A DNA stretch of 32,506 nucleotides from Actinomycetota bacterium (GCA_041183925.1 JBEGKV010000001.1:1-32506); one strand, 5' to 3'; shown: positions 1 through 9,883, numbered from the stretch's first letter. Program-made: numbers and translations. Notes: generated by a model not told the origin, from the letters alone.

Positions 1-858
1 GCCAACGGTCGCTACTGCCAGCTTGACCCCTACCAGGGTGCTCGTTTGGCACTTGCTGAGGCCTACCGCAACGTGGCTGTCTCCGGTGCTGTTCCTGCAG
101 CGGTCACGGACTGCCTCAACTTCGGTTCTCCAGAGAACCCCGAAGTAATGTGGCAGTTCAAGCGCGCTGTCGAAGGCTTGGCAGATGGGTGCTTGGAGCT
201 CGAAATCCCCGTCACCGGTGGAAACGTCTCCTTCTACAACCAGACCGGTGACGCTCCCATCCACCCCACCCCCGTTGTGGGAGTGCTCGGTGTGATTGAT
301 GACGTAGCGCGCCGTATTCCTTCTGCGTGGCAGGACGAAGGCAACAACATCTACCTCCTCGGTATTACCCGCACCGAACTGGATGGTTCGGCCTGGGCAG
401 GCACCATCCACAACCACCTCGGTGGCCTTCCTCCTGTTGTCGACCTGGCACAGGAAAAGGAACTGGCTGACCTCCTGCACGGTGCTGCGATCGAGAGCCT
501 GGTTCTGTCCGCTCACGACCTCAGTGATGGCGGTCTGGGTCAGGCATTGGCCGAGTCGGTCATGCGCTTCGGTGTGGGTGCACGCGTCTGGCTCGATGAA
601 ATCATCGAGCGTGACGGCGTCGACGCCGCAACTGCCCTGTTCTCTGAGTCCACCGGTCGCGTGATCGTCTCTGTTCCTCGCGAAGATGACGTGCGCTTCT
701 TAGGCCTGTGCGAAGCACGCAACTATCCTGTTTTGCGTATTGGCGTGACCGATCAGGGTGGCACAGATGCCAAGCTCGATGTTCAAGGCATGTTCGAGGT
801 TACTGTCGACGAGATTCGTCAGCGCAGCAACGAGACGTTGCCCAAGTACTTCGGCTAG
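1..858 (+). CDS. purL: Phosphoribosylformylglycinamidine synthase subunit PurL, C-terminal part (5' truncated by window)
   Basis: Frame open from base 1; motifs [49 protein letters not shown]. Confidence 0.97.
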   Translation, partial: ANGRYCQLDPYQGARLALAEAYRNVAVSGAVPAAVTDCLNFGSPENPEVMWQFKRAVEGLADGCLELEIPVTGGNVSFYNQTGDAPIHPTPVVGVLGVIDDVARRIPSAWQDEGNNIYLLGITRTELDGSAWAGTIHNHLGGLPPVVDLAQEKELADLLHGAAIESLVLSAHDLSDGGLGQALAESVMRFGVGARVWLDEIIERDGVDAATALFSESTGRVIVSVPREDDVRFLGLCEARNYPVLRIGVTDQGGTDAKLDVQGMFEVTVDEIRQRSNETLPKYFG

Positions 859-1322
859 TCCCGAGTTAAGAAAATGCTGAGGGGACTTAGTTCCTGTCCC
901 ACGGAATACTGCTCACCCAATAGAGACTTCCCCCCAGCGGTCAGCATCACTTTGACTTCTTGAGTGCTTCCTGGTGAAGAAAACTCTAGTTCGGCGAAGT
1001 CAAGAGCTGTGGCTGGACTGAGAACACCACCAACAACTACGGTAAGCGTCCCACGTGTGCCCTGGATACTGATTTCAGGGTCTCGAATCTCAATATTGAG
1101 CATTCCCCAATGCCCGCTAAAGGTCACTGATCCAAGGAACTGAAGTTTTCCTTCGAGGGTCTCAGAGTTGAAATCAGAACGCTGAGCATCGAGTGGAAAG
1201 ATGAAACCACTGGCATCTTGCGTTACAGGCTCGCTGAGAGTGATTGATCCATCTTCGAGAGCACTGATGTACTCCACGAGACTTGCCTTAATTGCCCAGA
1301 CGAGTTGAGTCTGCTGTGACAT
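855..1322 (-). CDS. Single HtaA-domain protein (putative heme binding), no visible signal peptide
   Basis: [13 protein letters not shown]...F.FP...[16 protein letters not shown]...[12 protein letters not shown] resembles the HtaA conserved region; start moved to ATG at 1322; stop overlaps the purL stop (CTAG at 855-858). Confidence 0.7.
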   Translation of the reverse strand: MSQQTQLVWAIKASLVEYISALEDGSITLSEPVTQDASGFIFPLDAQRSDFNSETLEGKLQFLGSVTFSGHWGMLNIEIRDPEISIQGTRGTLTVVVGGVLSPATALDFAELEFSSPGSTQEVKVMLTAGGKSLLGEQYSVGQELSPLSIFLTRD

Positions 1323-1422
1323 GGGTTTCCAATCTTCTCGAAGCACTTCTATTTTACTTTCACATGTGGGCACCATTCAGAGCCTGTAACTTAAGTAAAG
1401 AAAGCTACGTGAGCAGGAGCAG

Positions 1423-2202
1423 ATGACACAACCACTACACATTGCCGTGATCTGTCAGGGTGGCACACATTCCACAGCAATTGGTTTATTCCTTGAGCAG
1501 ATTAATGCTGATGTCGTTTTCGATGTGTCAGCACCCGGTGAGAAGGTCATGAGAAACGCGATTTGCGATGCTGACGTGATCTTCTCGCTTACCTCACCCG
1601 TCCAGACCTTCACTATTGCCGAACAGGCCGCAGCTGCCCTCACTCCTGGAGCTCTCTATGTTGACCTGAGTGTGGGAACCCCTACTTTTCAGAAGAGCCT
1701 CTCGGCTCTGTTTCCAGAAGGAAGCTACGTTGATGGTGCCTTGCTGAGTGTTACTCCCGGTCACGACGAGAGCACGGTGCTGCATGTATCGGGAAGCGGT
1801 GCTCAGCGCTTCTTCGAGCTCATGTCAAGCTCCCTCCCTCATCTTGAGTACGTCTCCGACACCCCCGGAGATGCAACAGCACGGAAGCTTCTGCACGACA
1901 TGTTGATCAAGAACATCACGAGCGTTGTCGTTGACACCCTTTGGGCTGCTGAATCTCTAGGTATGCAGGAGTGGGCTTTCGAAGAAATTAAACGAGAGTT
2001 TGATGCGTTCAGTGGCGAGACGGCACAGCACCTCATCACGGATGCAGCCCAGAACTTCAAGCGCAGCCAGATTGAGATGGCTGATGTCGTAGAAATGCTT
2101 TCTGAGAGCGGCTATGAAAGTACGATGCTCGCTCCGGTCCAGTTCAACTATGGGCGCATCATGCACGGGAAGAAAATTCCCCACAGTAAGTCCCAGAAGT
2201 AA
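1423..2202 (+). CDS. 6-phosphogluconate/hydroxyisobutyrate dehydrogenase-like NAD(P)-binding protein (DUF1932-like C-terminus), degenerate Rossmann motif
   Basis: AGGAG RBS upstream; DADVIFSL, GALYVDLS, YVDGALL, VSG.GA..F, PGDATARKLL pattern. Confidence 0.65.
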   Translation: MTQPLHIAVICQGGTHSTAIGLFLEQINADVVFDVSAPGEKVMRNAICDADVIFSLTSPVQTFTIAEQAAAALTPGALYVDLSVGTPTFQKSLSALFPEGSYVDGALLSVTPGHDESTVLHVSGSGAQRFFELMSSSLPHLEYVSDTPGDATARKLLHDMLIKNITSVVVDTLWAAESLGMQEWAFEEIKREFDAFSGETAQHLITDAAQNFKRSQIEMADVVEMLSESGYESTMLAPVQFNYGRIMHGKKIPHSKSQK

Positions 2203-2211
2203 CACTTAAGC

Positions 2212-2245
2212 CAGTGAGCCCCACCCGTCAGGGTGGGGCTCACTG
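2212..2245. terminator. Bidirectional hairpin terminator between convergent genes
   Basis: CAGTGAGCCCCACCC-gtca-GGGTGGGGCTCACTG, perfect 15-bp stem. Confidence 0.85.
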
Positions 2246-2272
2246 CTGTCTGGACGAGTGGGGTCGGAGTGT

Positions 2273-3223
2273 TTAGTAGTCGAGCTGCTGTTGAAGCTGA
2301 TCGAGAACGACATAGCAGGGGAGGACCTGCGCGACGCTGGCGTTAGGTTCCCGACCTTCGATGATGGCGGAAACAAACTCGCGGTCTTGGAGTTCGATGC
2401 CGTTCATTGACACAGCGACCTGAGAGACGTCAATGACTTCTTCCTTGCCCGTGACGAGATCGTCGTAGCGAGCTATATAGGTGTTGGTGTCACCGATATA
2501 GCGGAAGAAGGTACCGAGGGGTCCATCGTTGTTGAACGAAAGCGAGAGGGTGCAAATCTTTCCGGATTCCGTACCCAACTGGATAGACATGTCCATTGCG
2601 ATACCCAACTCAGGGTGCTTGGGTCCTTGAATAGCATTCGCCTTCACGACCTTCTCCCCCGTTTGGTATTGGAACAAGTCCACGGTGTGGGCGGCATGGT
2701 GCCAGAGCAGATGGTCCGTCCAGGAACGAGCCTGCCCCAGTGCATTCATATTTGTCCGGCGGAAGAAGTATGTCTGCACATCCATCTGCTGAATGTTGAA
2801 TTCTCCTGCAGTGATTTTGTTGTGCACGTATTGGTGCGACGGGTTAAAACGGCGAGTGTGACCGGCCATAGCCACCAGGCCTGTTTCCTGCTGGGCATCC
2901 ACGATGTCTTGAACACCTCGGAGGTTATCTGCCATTGGGATTTCTACCATGACGTGCTTGCCAGCTCGCAGGGCCTCAATGGTCTGGTCGTGGTGCATCT
3001 GGGTGGGGGTTGCCAAGATGATCGCGTCAAGATCAGGTTGTGCCAGAAGTTCTGTGTAGCTGTCAAAACCCCGGGCCGCGCCATACTTCTGCGCGACCTC
3101 ATCGGCGATGTTCTGTCGGCTGTGGCCCACGTACTGAATCTTGACGTCAGGAATATTGACGAGAGCATCTAGGTGCTTTTGACCAAAAGCACCCAGTCCG
3201 ACAACTGCGAGATTGAGGGTCAT
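2273..3223 (-). CDS. ligC: 4-carboxy-2-hydroxymuconate-6-semialdehyde dehydrogenase (Gfo/Idh/MocA family)
   Basis: GLGAFGQKH, ATPTQMH, GKHVMVEIP, GHTRRFNPSH, RSWTDHLLWHHAAHTVDLF; start at ATG 3223 just after ligB. Confidence 0.95.
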   Translation of the reverse strand: MTLNLAVVGLGAFGQKHLDALVNIPDVKIQYVGHSRQNIADEVAQKYGAARGFDSYTELLAQPDLDAIILATPTQMHHDQTIEALRAGKHVMVEIPMADNLRGVQDIVDAQQETGLVAMAGHTRRFNPSHQYVHNKITAGEFNIQQMDVQTYFFRRTNMNALGQARSWTDHLLWHHAAHTVDLFQYQTGEKVVKANAIQGPKHPELGIAMDMSIQLGTESGKICTLSLSFNNDGPLGTFFRYIGDTNTYIARYDDLVTGKEEVIDVSQVAVSMNGIELQDREFVSAIIEGREPNASVAQVLPCYVVLDQLQQQLDY

Positions 3224-3225
3224 GT

Positions 3226-4071
3226 TTAGTCTTCCTTGGGGGTCAAAATGAGGTGTCCAACAGAGGTGTTGGATGCAGGGACGTGGTTGAAGCGGTAGAC
3301 CTCGTTGACCTTGTCGCCTAAGGCACCCCGCATGATGAGCCACATAATGAGCTCCACACCTTCGGATCCAGCTTCAATCATGTATTCCAAATGGGGCTTG
3401 TACTGCAGTACTTCGGGCTGGTTGATGAGGTCATCCATGAACTGGATATCCCAGGGTAGATTGATCAGTCCTGCACGCGCACCCTGGATCTGGTGGCTCA
3501 TGCCACCGGTTCCCCAGATCTGAACCGAGAGGTCTTCATCGAACTGCTCGACGGCGCGCTTGATGGCCTTACCGAGTGCAAGGCAACGCTCACCCGAGGG
3601 CTGAGGGTTCATCACGACATTCACGGGAAGAGGAATGACCTTGGTGGGCCACTTGTCAGGGGTGCCAAACATCAGAGACATCGGCACGGTCAGACCATGG
3701 TCCACCTCAAGGACGTTGAGGATGGTCATATCAAAGTCATCCATGATCAGCGATGCAGCGAGGTGGGTGGCCAACTCCGGTGCACCCTCAACTTCTGGGA
3801 CAGGCCGGGGGCCATACCCCTCGTCACAGATCGCATAGCTGTCTGCAATTCCCAACGCAAAGGTTGGCATGATTTCCATACCAAAGTAGGACGCGTGGTC
3901 GTTGTAGACAATGATCGCGACATCAGCAGGGTTGTCTTTCACCCACTGCTTAGAGAATTCGTAGCCATCGAACATCGGCTTCCAATACGCGTCTTGCGTC
4001 TTACCCGAGTCCACTGCGTGGCCCACTGCTGGGACGTGACTGGAAGCAATACCGGCAACAATCTTGGCCAT
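3226..4071 (-). CDS. ligB: Protocatechuate 4,5-dioxygenase beta subunit
   Basis: SSHVPA, YNDHAS, DEGYGPRPVP, VDHGLTVP, GTGGMSHQ, GSEGVELIMW. Confidence 0.95.
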   Translation of the reverse strand: MAKIVAGIASSHVPAVGHAVDSGKTQDAYWKPMFDGYEFSKQWVKDNPADVAIIVYNDHASYFGMEIMPTFALGIADSYAICDEGYGPRPVPEVEGAPELATHLAASLIMDDFDMTILNVLEVDHGLTVPMSLMFGTPDKWPTKVIPLPVNVVMNPQPSGERCLALGKAIKRAVEQFDEDLSVQIWGTGGMSHQIQGARAGLINLPWDIQFMDDLINQPEVLQYKPHLEYMIEAGSEGVELIMWLIMRGALGDKVNEVYRFNHVPASNTSVGHLILTPKED

Positions 4072-4469
4072 TATGCTTCTCCTCTTTCTTTCTTCGAACG
4101 CCAGCCTTCAACACTCCGGCCACCATTAATCATCATCTGCTGGTATTGCTCCACGTTCATATCTGTCATCGTGCTCACAGCCTCGACATAGCTCAAACCT
4201 TCAGAAGCAAAGATCTTGGAGAGGAAGTAGACATTGCCGCCCAGATCCAGCATCTTTTGGAAGTCACGGTCAATCACGGCTTGCTTTTGCTCATCCGTCA
4301 TCTTCCACTCTGCAAGATAGGCAGGGCCATCTTCGAGGAAGCGCTGACGGTTTTCTTCTGTGCGCAGGCTCATGCAGAACTGATTAAGGTGGAAACCTTC
4401 CCGGGCTTTCTCAATAGTGAAAATGGTGGTGCCTGGAATGTCGTCGTATTGTTCGAAATGAGGCTTCAT
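4071..4469 (-). CDS. ligA: Protocatechuate 4,5-dioxygenase alpha subunit
   Basis: DIPGTTIF, GFHLNQFCMSL, GGNVYFLSKI, GGRS; TAATG coupling to ligB. Confidence 0.95.
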   Translation of the reverse strand: MKPHFEQYDDIPGTTIFTIEKAREGFHLNQFCMSLRTEENRQRFLEDGPAYLAEWKMTDEQKQAVIDRDFQKMLDLGGNVYFLSKIFASEGLSYVEAVSTMTDMNVEQYQQMMINGGRSVEGWRSKKERGEA

Positions 4470-4471
4470 GC

Positions 4472-5359
4472 TTAGCTCCAGTACAGAGTGGTGGGGTTGG
4501 TAACGAGAAGCTTCTCTTGCAACGCAGGTGTTGTTGCAATGGAAGGAACATAGTCAACCAAGATGCCGTCATCGGGCATTTCGGTTTTCATGTTGGGGTG
4601 TGGCCAGTCCGTGCCCCATAAAACGCGGTCAGGGAATTCTTCGACAATTTTCTTGGCAAAGGGCACAACGTCGAGATACTCAGGAGAGCCTGACTTCGTC
4701 AAGCGGTCTGGGCAACTCACTTTGCACCACACATCCGGGTTACCACGCATAAAGTCGAGAAACATCTCGAACTCTTCGTTGTCTACGGGCTTGGTCACGT
4801 CGGGGCGGCCCATGTGATCGATCACGAGAGGGATATTGAGAGAGTTGAAGAAATCCATCTTTTCTTTGAGGTCCGCAGGCTCAAAGTAGAGAACGACGTG
4901 CCAACCTAACGGACGAATCTTTTCGATGATTTCGCGGTAGTAGTCATCCGGTTTGGGATCCACCAAGCGCTTGACGTAGTTGAAGCGCACGCCCCGCACT
5001 CCCAGATCGTGCATGCGCTGCAGTTCTTCACCAGTGATGTCTGGCTTCACGGTAACAACACCACGAGCTTTTCCGTTGGCACGTTCGAGTACATCGAGGA
5101 GTGCTGAGTTATCAGAGCCGTGACAGGTTGCCTGGACGACAACGTTCTTGTCAAAGCCGAGAAAGTCTCGCAGTGCAAAGAGTTGCTCCCAGCTGGCGTC
5201 ACAGGGTGTGTATTTGCGCTCGGGGGCAAAGGGGAAGGTATCCCCGGGGCCGAAGACATGGCAGTGTGCGTCTACTGCGCCGGCAGGAACCTGGAATTTC
5301 GGCTTGCTGGGGTTGGGGTGCCAGTCGAGCCAATCGGCATCCTTCACAAATATGCTCAC
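4472..5359 (-). CDS. ligI: 2-pyrone-4,6-dicarboxylate lactonase
   Basis: DAHCHVFGP, RKYTPCDA, VQATCHG, GVRFNYVKRL, DHMGRPD, WGTDWPHPN. Confidence 0.95.
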   Translation of the reverse strand: MSIFVKDADWLDWHPNPSKPKFQVPAGAVDAHCHVFGPGDTFPFAPERKYTPCDASWEQLFALRDFLGFDKNVVVQATCHGSDNSALLDVLERANGKARGVVTVKPDITGEELQRMHDLGVRGVRFNYVKRLVDPKPDDYYREIIEKIRPLGWHVVLYFEPADLKEKMDFFNSLNIPLVIDHMGRPDVTKPVDNEEFEMFLDFMRGNPDVWCKVSCPDRLTKSGSPEYLDVVPFAKKIVEEFPDRVLWGTDWPHPNMKTEMPDDGILVDYVPSIATTPALQEKLLVTNPTTLYWS

Positions 5360-6375
5360 AGTCCACGCTCCGTCAGCTTGGCATCCAGGCGGGGGAATAC
5401 CTTCCGGGCATTGTTCGAGAAAATGTTAGAACGTTCTTCTTCAGAAATTTTGGCTGCATCGATGTAGCGCTTCGTGTCATCAAAATAGTGGCCGGTTTGA
5501 GGGTCTATTCCTCGAACGGCACCAATCATTTCGGAACCAAAAAGCACATTTTTGTTCTCGATGACGTCAACCAACAAGTCAATGCCGGGCTGGTGATACA
5601 CGCAGGTGTCGAAGAACACGTTGTTCATGACATGGGTGTCCAGGCTGGGTTGCTTGAGCATGTCTGCCAGCCCCCGGTAACGACCCCAGTGGTAAGGAAC
5701 AGCTCCACCACCGTGAGGAATGATGAAGCGCAGCGTGGGGAAATCTGCGAACAGATTGCCCTGAATGAGCTGCATGAATGCCGTGGTGTCGGCGTTCATG
5801 TAGTGCGCACCAGTGGCATGGAAGTTGTGGTTGCAGGACGCAGAGACGTGAATCATGGCCGGGACATCAAGTTCGACCATCTTCTCGTACAGCGGATACC
5901 AAAACTTGTCTGTCAGGGGAACAGTCTGCCACTGACCCCCGGAGGGGTCTGGGTTGAGGTTCACGCCGATGAAGCCCAGCTCAGTAATGCAACGTTCCAT
6001 CTCCTTGATGGTTTCGGTCAGATCAGCACCGGGTGACTGCGGCAGTTGGGCCACACCAATAAAGTCTTCGGGGAACAGGTCAACAACACGCTTGATGAGG
6101 TTGTTGCACGCCACAGTCCACTCGAGGCTGATGCGCTGGTCACCTTCGTGGTGACCCATGGCTGAAGCTCGAGGAGAGAAGATGGTGAGATCTGAGCCAC
6201 GCTCTGTAATGAGCTTGAGCTGGTTCAGCTCAATCGTCTCTCGAATAATCTCATCAGATATCTCGGGGTATGCAGGGCTGGGTTGACCTGCTGCATACGC
6301 AGCAAGCTGATCAATGCGCCACTGATTGTGGAGCTCGGGAGCCGTTGTGTAGTGCCCGTGAATGTCGATGATCAT
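5356..6375 (-). CDS. ligJ: 4-oxalomesaconate hydratase
   Basis: [62 protein letters not shown]; ATGA overlap with ligU stop. Confidence 0.95.
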   Translation of the reverse strand: MIIDIHGHYTTAPELHNQWRIDQLAAYAAGQPSPAYPEISDEIIRETIELNQLKLITERGSDLTIFSPRASAMGHHEGDQRISLEWTVACNNLIKRVVDLFPEDFIGVAQLPQSPGADLTETIKEMERCITELGFIGVNLNPDPSGGQWQTVPLTDKFWYPLYEKMVELDVPAMIHVSASCNHNFHATGAHYMNADTTAFMQLIQGNLFADFPTLRFIIPHGGGAVPYHWGRYRGLADMLKQPSLDTHVMNNVFFDTCVYHQPGIDLLVDVIENKNVLFGSEMIGAVRGIDPQTGHYFDDTKRYIDAAKISEEERSNIFSNNARKVFPRLDAKLTERGL

Positions 6376-7475
6376 GCGTTGTTCTCCCAAGCAGATTCGA
6401 GGACGTAAATTGAACCCGACATCAACATGCGGGCGGTGCGCAGCAGCGCGGACTTTGTCACCACTGGGGATCCGGTGGAGTTATCAACTTCCATCTGGAC
6501 GGTGAAAAAGCCGGTGGGGTGTTCGACCTCAACCTCAAGGCTGGAACCGATGGTGTCCAGTCCTGCAATCTGGGCAGCGACGCTGCCCTCGAGCATGCAG
6601 GCGGTCGCCACAGAAACAGCACCCAGCACACCAATGCTTTCGTGCACACGGTGTGGAATGAAAGTGCGGGTGGACAGCAGACCACCATGTTGAGCGGGTG
6701 CAAGCAGGCTCATCTTGGGAACGGTCTTGTTCGTCACATCACCCAGGTTCATCATGGGCCCCACAGCTAATCGGATCTCCTCCACACGTGCCGTGAGCTC
6801 AACATTTGCCTCGAGCTCAGCGGGGGTTTCGTAGCCAGAGATGCCAAAGTCGGAAGCATTCAGACAGACAACGGGCATCCCGTTGTCGATGCAGGTCACC
6901 TGTATGCCAAGCACCTCGTCCACCACGTTGCCGGTGGGCAGCAATGCTCCGCAGCTCGAACCGGCAACATCTTCAAAATTAATGTTGATGGGAGCGTGGG
7001 TTCCAGGAACGCCGTCAATGCGGGCAGAACCTGCGTAGTTGACAACGCCACCGGGAGTCTCCACGAAAGCAGTTGCCTTCGAGTCGGTGTTCTCCATGTA
7101 AATAGCAACAGGAGTGACGCCATCTGCAGCGGCAATAAGTCCCTTTTCAATGGCAAAAGGACCCACCCCAGCCAGAATGTTGCCGCAGTTCTGCTGGTCA
7201 CTCACCTCAGCACGGTCTGGCCAGACCTGCAAAAACAGGTAGTCCACGTCGATGCCGTCACGCTCAGACTTCTTCACGACAGCAACCTTGGAAGTCAGCG
7301 GATGCCCCCCGCCCATGCCGTCAATCTCTCTCACATCAGGCGAACCCATAGCAGCGAGCAGGAAGGTGTCGCGGGCAGCACGGTCAGAGGGGAGGTCGCT
7401 TTCGAGAAAGTAGAGCCCCTTCGAGGTTCCCCCGCGCATCACTGCGCAGGGGACGGCTACTTCAGAGTTATTCAC
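6372..7475 (-). CDS. ligU: 4-oxalomesaconate tautomerase/isomerase (PrpF family)
   Basis: [46 protein letters not shown]; GTG start at 7475 overlapping the ligK stop. Confidence 0.9.
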   Translation of the reverse strand: MNNSEVAVPCAVMRGGTSKGLYFLESDLPSDRAARDTFLLAAMGSPDVREIDGMGGGHPLTSKVAVVKKSERDGIDVDYLFLQVWPDRAEVSDQQNCGNILAGVGPFAIEKGLIAAADGVTPVAIYMENTDSKATAFVETPGGVVNYAGSARIDGVPGTHAPININFEDVAGSSCGALLPTGNVVDEVLGIQVTCIDNGMPVVCLNASDFGISGYETPAELEANVELTARVEEIRLAVGPMMNLGDVTNKTVPKMSLLAPAQHGGLLSTRTFIPHRVHESIGVLGAVSVATACMLEGSVAAQIAGLDTIGSSLEVEVEHPTGFFTVQMEVDNSTGSPVVTKSALLRTARMLMSGSIYVLESAWENNA

Positions 7476-8151
7476 CCGCGTAGTCCTCATAGACGAGACC
7501 CTTGGCAGCGAGCTTGTCTCGCATGTTGTAGATATCAAGACCGAGTTCACCACTAGCAAGACGCGTGCGCTTGCCGGCTTCCATTGCCTCTCGCTCTTGG
7601 GCTGCCTTGAGCACAACCGCTGCGTCCTCGCGACGAACCAAGCAGACACCATCAATGTCAGCAACAATCACGTCACCGGGGCGAACCAATTGGTCTGCCA
7701 TCAGAATCGGCGTCTGCACGTTTGCAATAGTTTCCTTGACGGTTCCCTGGGAACTAATGGTCTTGGACCAGACGGGGAAGCCCATCTCCGTCAGGGTTGC
7801 TACGTCGCGCACACCTGCGTCAATAACAAGACCGCGAACACCGTGAGCCATCAGGCTCTCGGCGAGGAGGTCACCGAGGTAGCCGTCATCACAAGGGCTG
7901 GTGGGAGTGACAATCAGAATGTCGCCGGGCTGCGCCTGTTCAACAGCCACGTGAATCATCCAGTTGTCTCCAGGGGCAACCTCACAGGTCAGCGCGTTGC
8001 CGGCAATCATGGCGGGGAAGATGGGGCGAAGGCGACGGTTGAGTAGACCGATTCGGCCCTGTGCTTCGTGCACGGTGGCCGATCCAAGAGCGGCAAGACC
8101 GTCCACAATCCCCAGTGGGGTTCGTGGTGTTCCTCGAACGACGCGTGCCAT
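7468..8151 (-). CDS. ligK: 4-carboxy-4-hydroxy-2-oxoadipate aldolase (RraA-like fold)
   Basis: [51 protein letters not shown]. Confidence 0.95.
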   Translation of the reverse strand: MARVVRGTPRTPLGIVDGLAALGSATVHEAQGRIGLLNRRLRPIFPAMIAGNALTCEVAPGDNWMIHVAVEQAQPGDILIVTPTSPCDDGYLGDLLAESLMAHGVRGLVIDAGVRDVATLTEMGFPVWSKTISSQGTVKETIANVQTPILMADQLVRPGDVIVADIDGVCLVRREDAAVVLKAAQEREAMEAGKRTRLASGELGLDIYNMRDKLAAKGLVYEDYAGE

Positions 8152-8222
8152 GATTCTCCTTCGAATGAATGCAAATAAGCCTGTATACAGACAACTGCAT
8201 GAGGAGGAAGAAATCCAAGGAG

Positions 8223-8241
8223 CCTTCCGGATAGTGGAAGG
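8223..8241. promoter_or_regulatory. Putative IclR-type operator upstream of the lig operon
   Basis: CCTTCC-ggatagt-GGAAGG inverted repeat between the IclR stop and the ligK start. Confidence 0.55.
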
Positions 8242-8256
8242 GTAATATCAGTGTGC

Positions 8257-9045
8257 TTAGCTGCCTGCCTTGAGGCGAGTTGCGTCACCCAGTCCTGCTT
8301 CAACCAGCTTCTTTGACAGAGCAGCTCCTGTGACTTGCATGACGGGTACCAATTTGCCCAAGTCCCGACCATCGCTGGGGGCCACGATACCCAGTGCGGC
8401 GATGACATTGCCGCCCTTGCCTCGCAAGGGCACAGCAATGGAAACCGCACCCTCCGCGAGCTCCTCTTGCGTCTTGGCAAAGCCTTGAACCTTGATGGTC
8501 TTCAGCTGTGTTTCCAGAACACCGGGGTCGGTGATCGTCTGCTCGGTAAAGCGATCTAAAGAATTCAGCACTGCTTTTTGCAGTTCCGCATCTCCGTGCG
8601 CCAAAAGAACTTTCCCCACGCCCGTGGCGTGGAGAGCAAGCCTAGATCCTGGTTTACTGATGACTTCCAGGGTTCTGGAGCCGGCAATTCGTTCCACGAT
8701 TAAGCAGCGCAGTCCGTCCAGAACAGCAATCTGAACCGCATCGTTGTGGAGTTGGTAGATGTCTTCCATATAGGGAAGCGCCACCTCACGAAGCTCTGAA
8801 TGGACCGAGGCAAGAAGGCCCAGGCGCCAAATCTTGCTGCCGATTTCATAATCACCATCGGAGCCCCGAACCAGTGCGTTCTGGTTCTCCAGCTCATGCA
8901 CCAAACGGTGAACGGTCGTGAGAGGCAACTGCGAACGGCGAGAGATGGCGGCAAGCGATTGCCTGCGGTGCTTGGCATCAAAAGTGTCCAACACGGCGAG
9001 CGCGCGACCAGTCACGGTGCGGGTCGGTGCGCTCTTCTCAGTCAC
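8257..9045 (-). CDS. IclR-family regulator (likely controls lig operon)
   Basis: N-terminal HTH (RALAVLDTF...LPLTTVHRLV), LHATGVGKVLLAH; TAGGCT -10 box 6 nt before the GTG suggests leaderless mRNA. Confidence 0.92.
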   Translation of the reverse strand: MTEKSAPTRTVTGRALAVLDTFDAKHRRQSLAAISRRSQLPLTTVHRLVHELENQNALVRGSDGDYEIGSKIWRLGLLASVHSELREVALPYMEDIYQLHNDAVQIAVLDGLRCLIVERIAGSRTLEVISKPGSRLALHATGVGKVLLAHGDAELQKAVLNSLDRFTEQTITDPGVLETQLKTIKVQGFAKTQEELAEGAVSIAVPLRGKGGNVIAALGIVAPSDGRDLGKLVPVMQVTGAALSKKLVEAGLGDATRLKAGS

Positions 9046-9054
9046 ACCTTCAGC

Positions 9055-9387
9055 CTAGATTGAGATATCCGCGAGTGCTTGACGAAGCTGGGCTTCAAAA
9101 TAGGGAACATCAATATCTATAGTGCCTTGGACGAGTTCAAGATCGAGAAGCGAATAACCATGAGAAATCCGATTTCTCATGTCCTTCATATACCGCCACT
9201 CGCTGCCAAAGTATGTTTCACGAAGTCCAGAACTGGTTTGAGAAATAGTTTCGATAGCAGCCGAGAGTCTCATATTGACTGCGTCTGAGATCAATGGGTC
9301 TTCAAAAGGCCCTTTGCTGAGGTGGTGCCTCAGTACTTCTAAATGGTCCAACGCGTCTCGAACTAACTCCTCATCAGTTCGACTCAC
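9055..9387 (-). CDS. HEPN/HepT (DUF86) ribonuclease toxin
   Basis: RX4HXY motif RNRISHGY; overlaps the MNT stop codon (GTGA). Confidence 0.85.
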   Translation of the reverse strand: MSRTDEELVRDALDHLEVLRHHLSKGPFEDPLISDAVNMRLSAAIETISQTSSGLRETYFGSEWRYMKDMRNRISHGYSLLDLELVQGTIDIDVPYFEAQLRQALADISI

Positions 9388-9869
9388 AGCTGGACCGCTT
9401 CTCCAAGCACACGATCTCGCAAGAATGGCCTAAGACTTTTTTCTGCAACAACATCAACATCTACTCCTAGCAATTCACCCAGCGCGAATTCCAAGCGAAC
9501 AATACCCATAAGGGTCATGCCCTTGTCGAAAGTTGCTAACAGGTCAATATCTGACTTCTCATGTTCTTTGCCCGTAACAACACTTCCAAAGACCTTGAGG
9601 TCATGAGCTCCATGCTCCTTGGCAATCCTGATGACGTCAGCACGGTGCTTACGGAGTTTTTTCCCAAGTGGTGTTGTGCCCTGGAAACGCACAAGACGAG
9701 ACACTTCAGGCTGACTTCTCCCAACGGCAACTGCAATATCACGCTGACTTAGCCCCGCTTTGACCCCGGCACGCACAGCATCAACCAAAATCTTCCGCGA
9801 CCTGACAGAGAGCAGGTCCGCAGCACGCGCTTCAGCCTGCAACTGTTCGAAAGAATAAGGAGTCCCCAT
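9384..9869 (-). CDS. HTH-fused minimal nucleotidyltransferase (MNT) antitoxin
   Basis: GLSQRDIAVAVGRSQPEVSRL HTH; FGS-X10-DID motif; LLGVDVDVV. Confidence 0.87.
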   Translation of the reverse strand: MGTPYSFEQLQAEARAADLLSVRSRKILVDAVRAGVKAGLSQRDIAVAVGRSQPEVSRLVRFQGTTPLGKKLRKHRADVIRIAKEHGAHDLKVFGSVVTGKEHEKSDIDLLATFDKGMTLMGIVRLEFALGELLGVDVDVVAEKSLRPFLRDRVLGEAVQL

Positions 9870-9883
9870 ATAGCAAATGCTAT
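9870..9883 (-). promoter_or_regulatory. Putative autoregulatory operator overlapping a leaderless -10 box of the TA operon
   Basis: ATAGCA-aa-TGCTAT palindrome abutting the ATG; TAGCAT on the minus strand 7 nt upstream of the start. Confidence 0.55.

Noticed and set aside
1350-1375. Possible fifth IclR operator (TTTCACATGTGG) upstream of the HtaA gene
   Set aside because: Only a short CACATGTG palindrome; does not fit the N5-spaced pattern of the other four
3493-4191. 232-aa plus-strand ORF
   Set aside because: Antisense to ligB/ligA; codon-bias shadow
5101-6036. 311-aa plus-strand ORF
   Set aside because: Antisense shadow of ligJ/ligI with no recognisable motifs
7476-7667. Long N-terminal extension of ligU in the ORF track (similarly ligC, creI, creJ, creR, creE)
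   Set aside because: Extensions overlap upstream genes or lack an RBS; downstream starts fit family lengths and translational coupling
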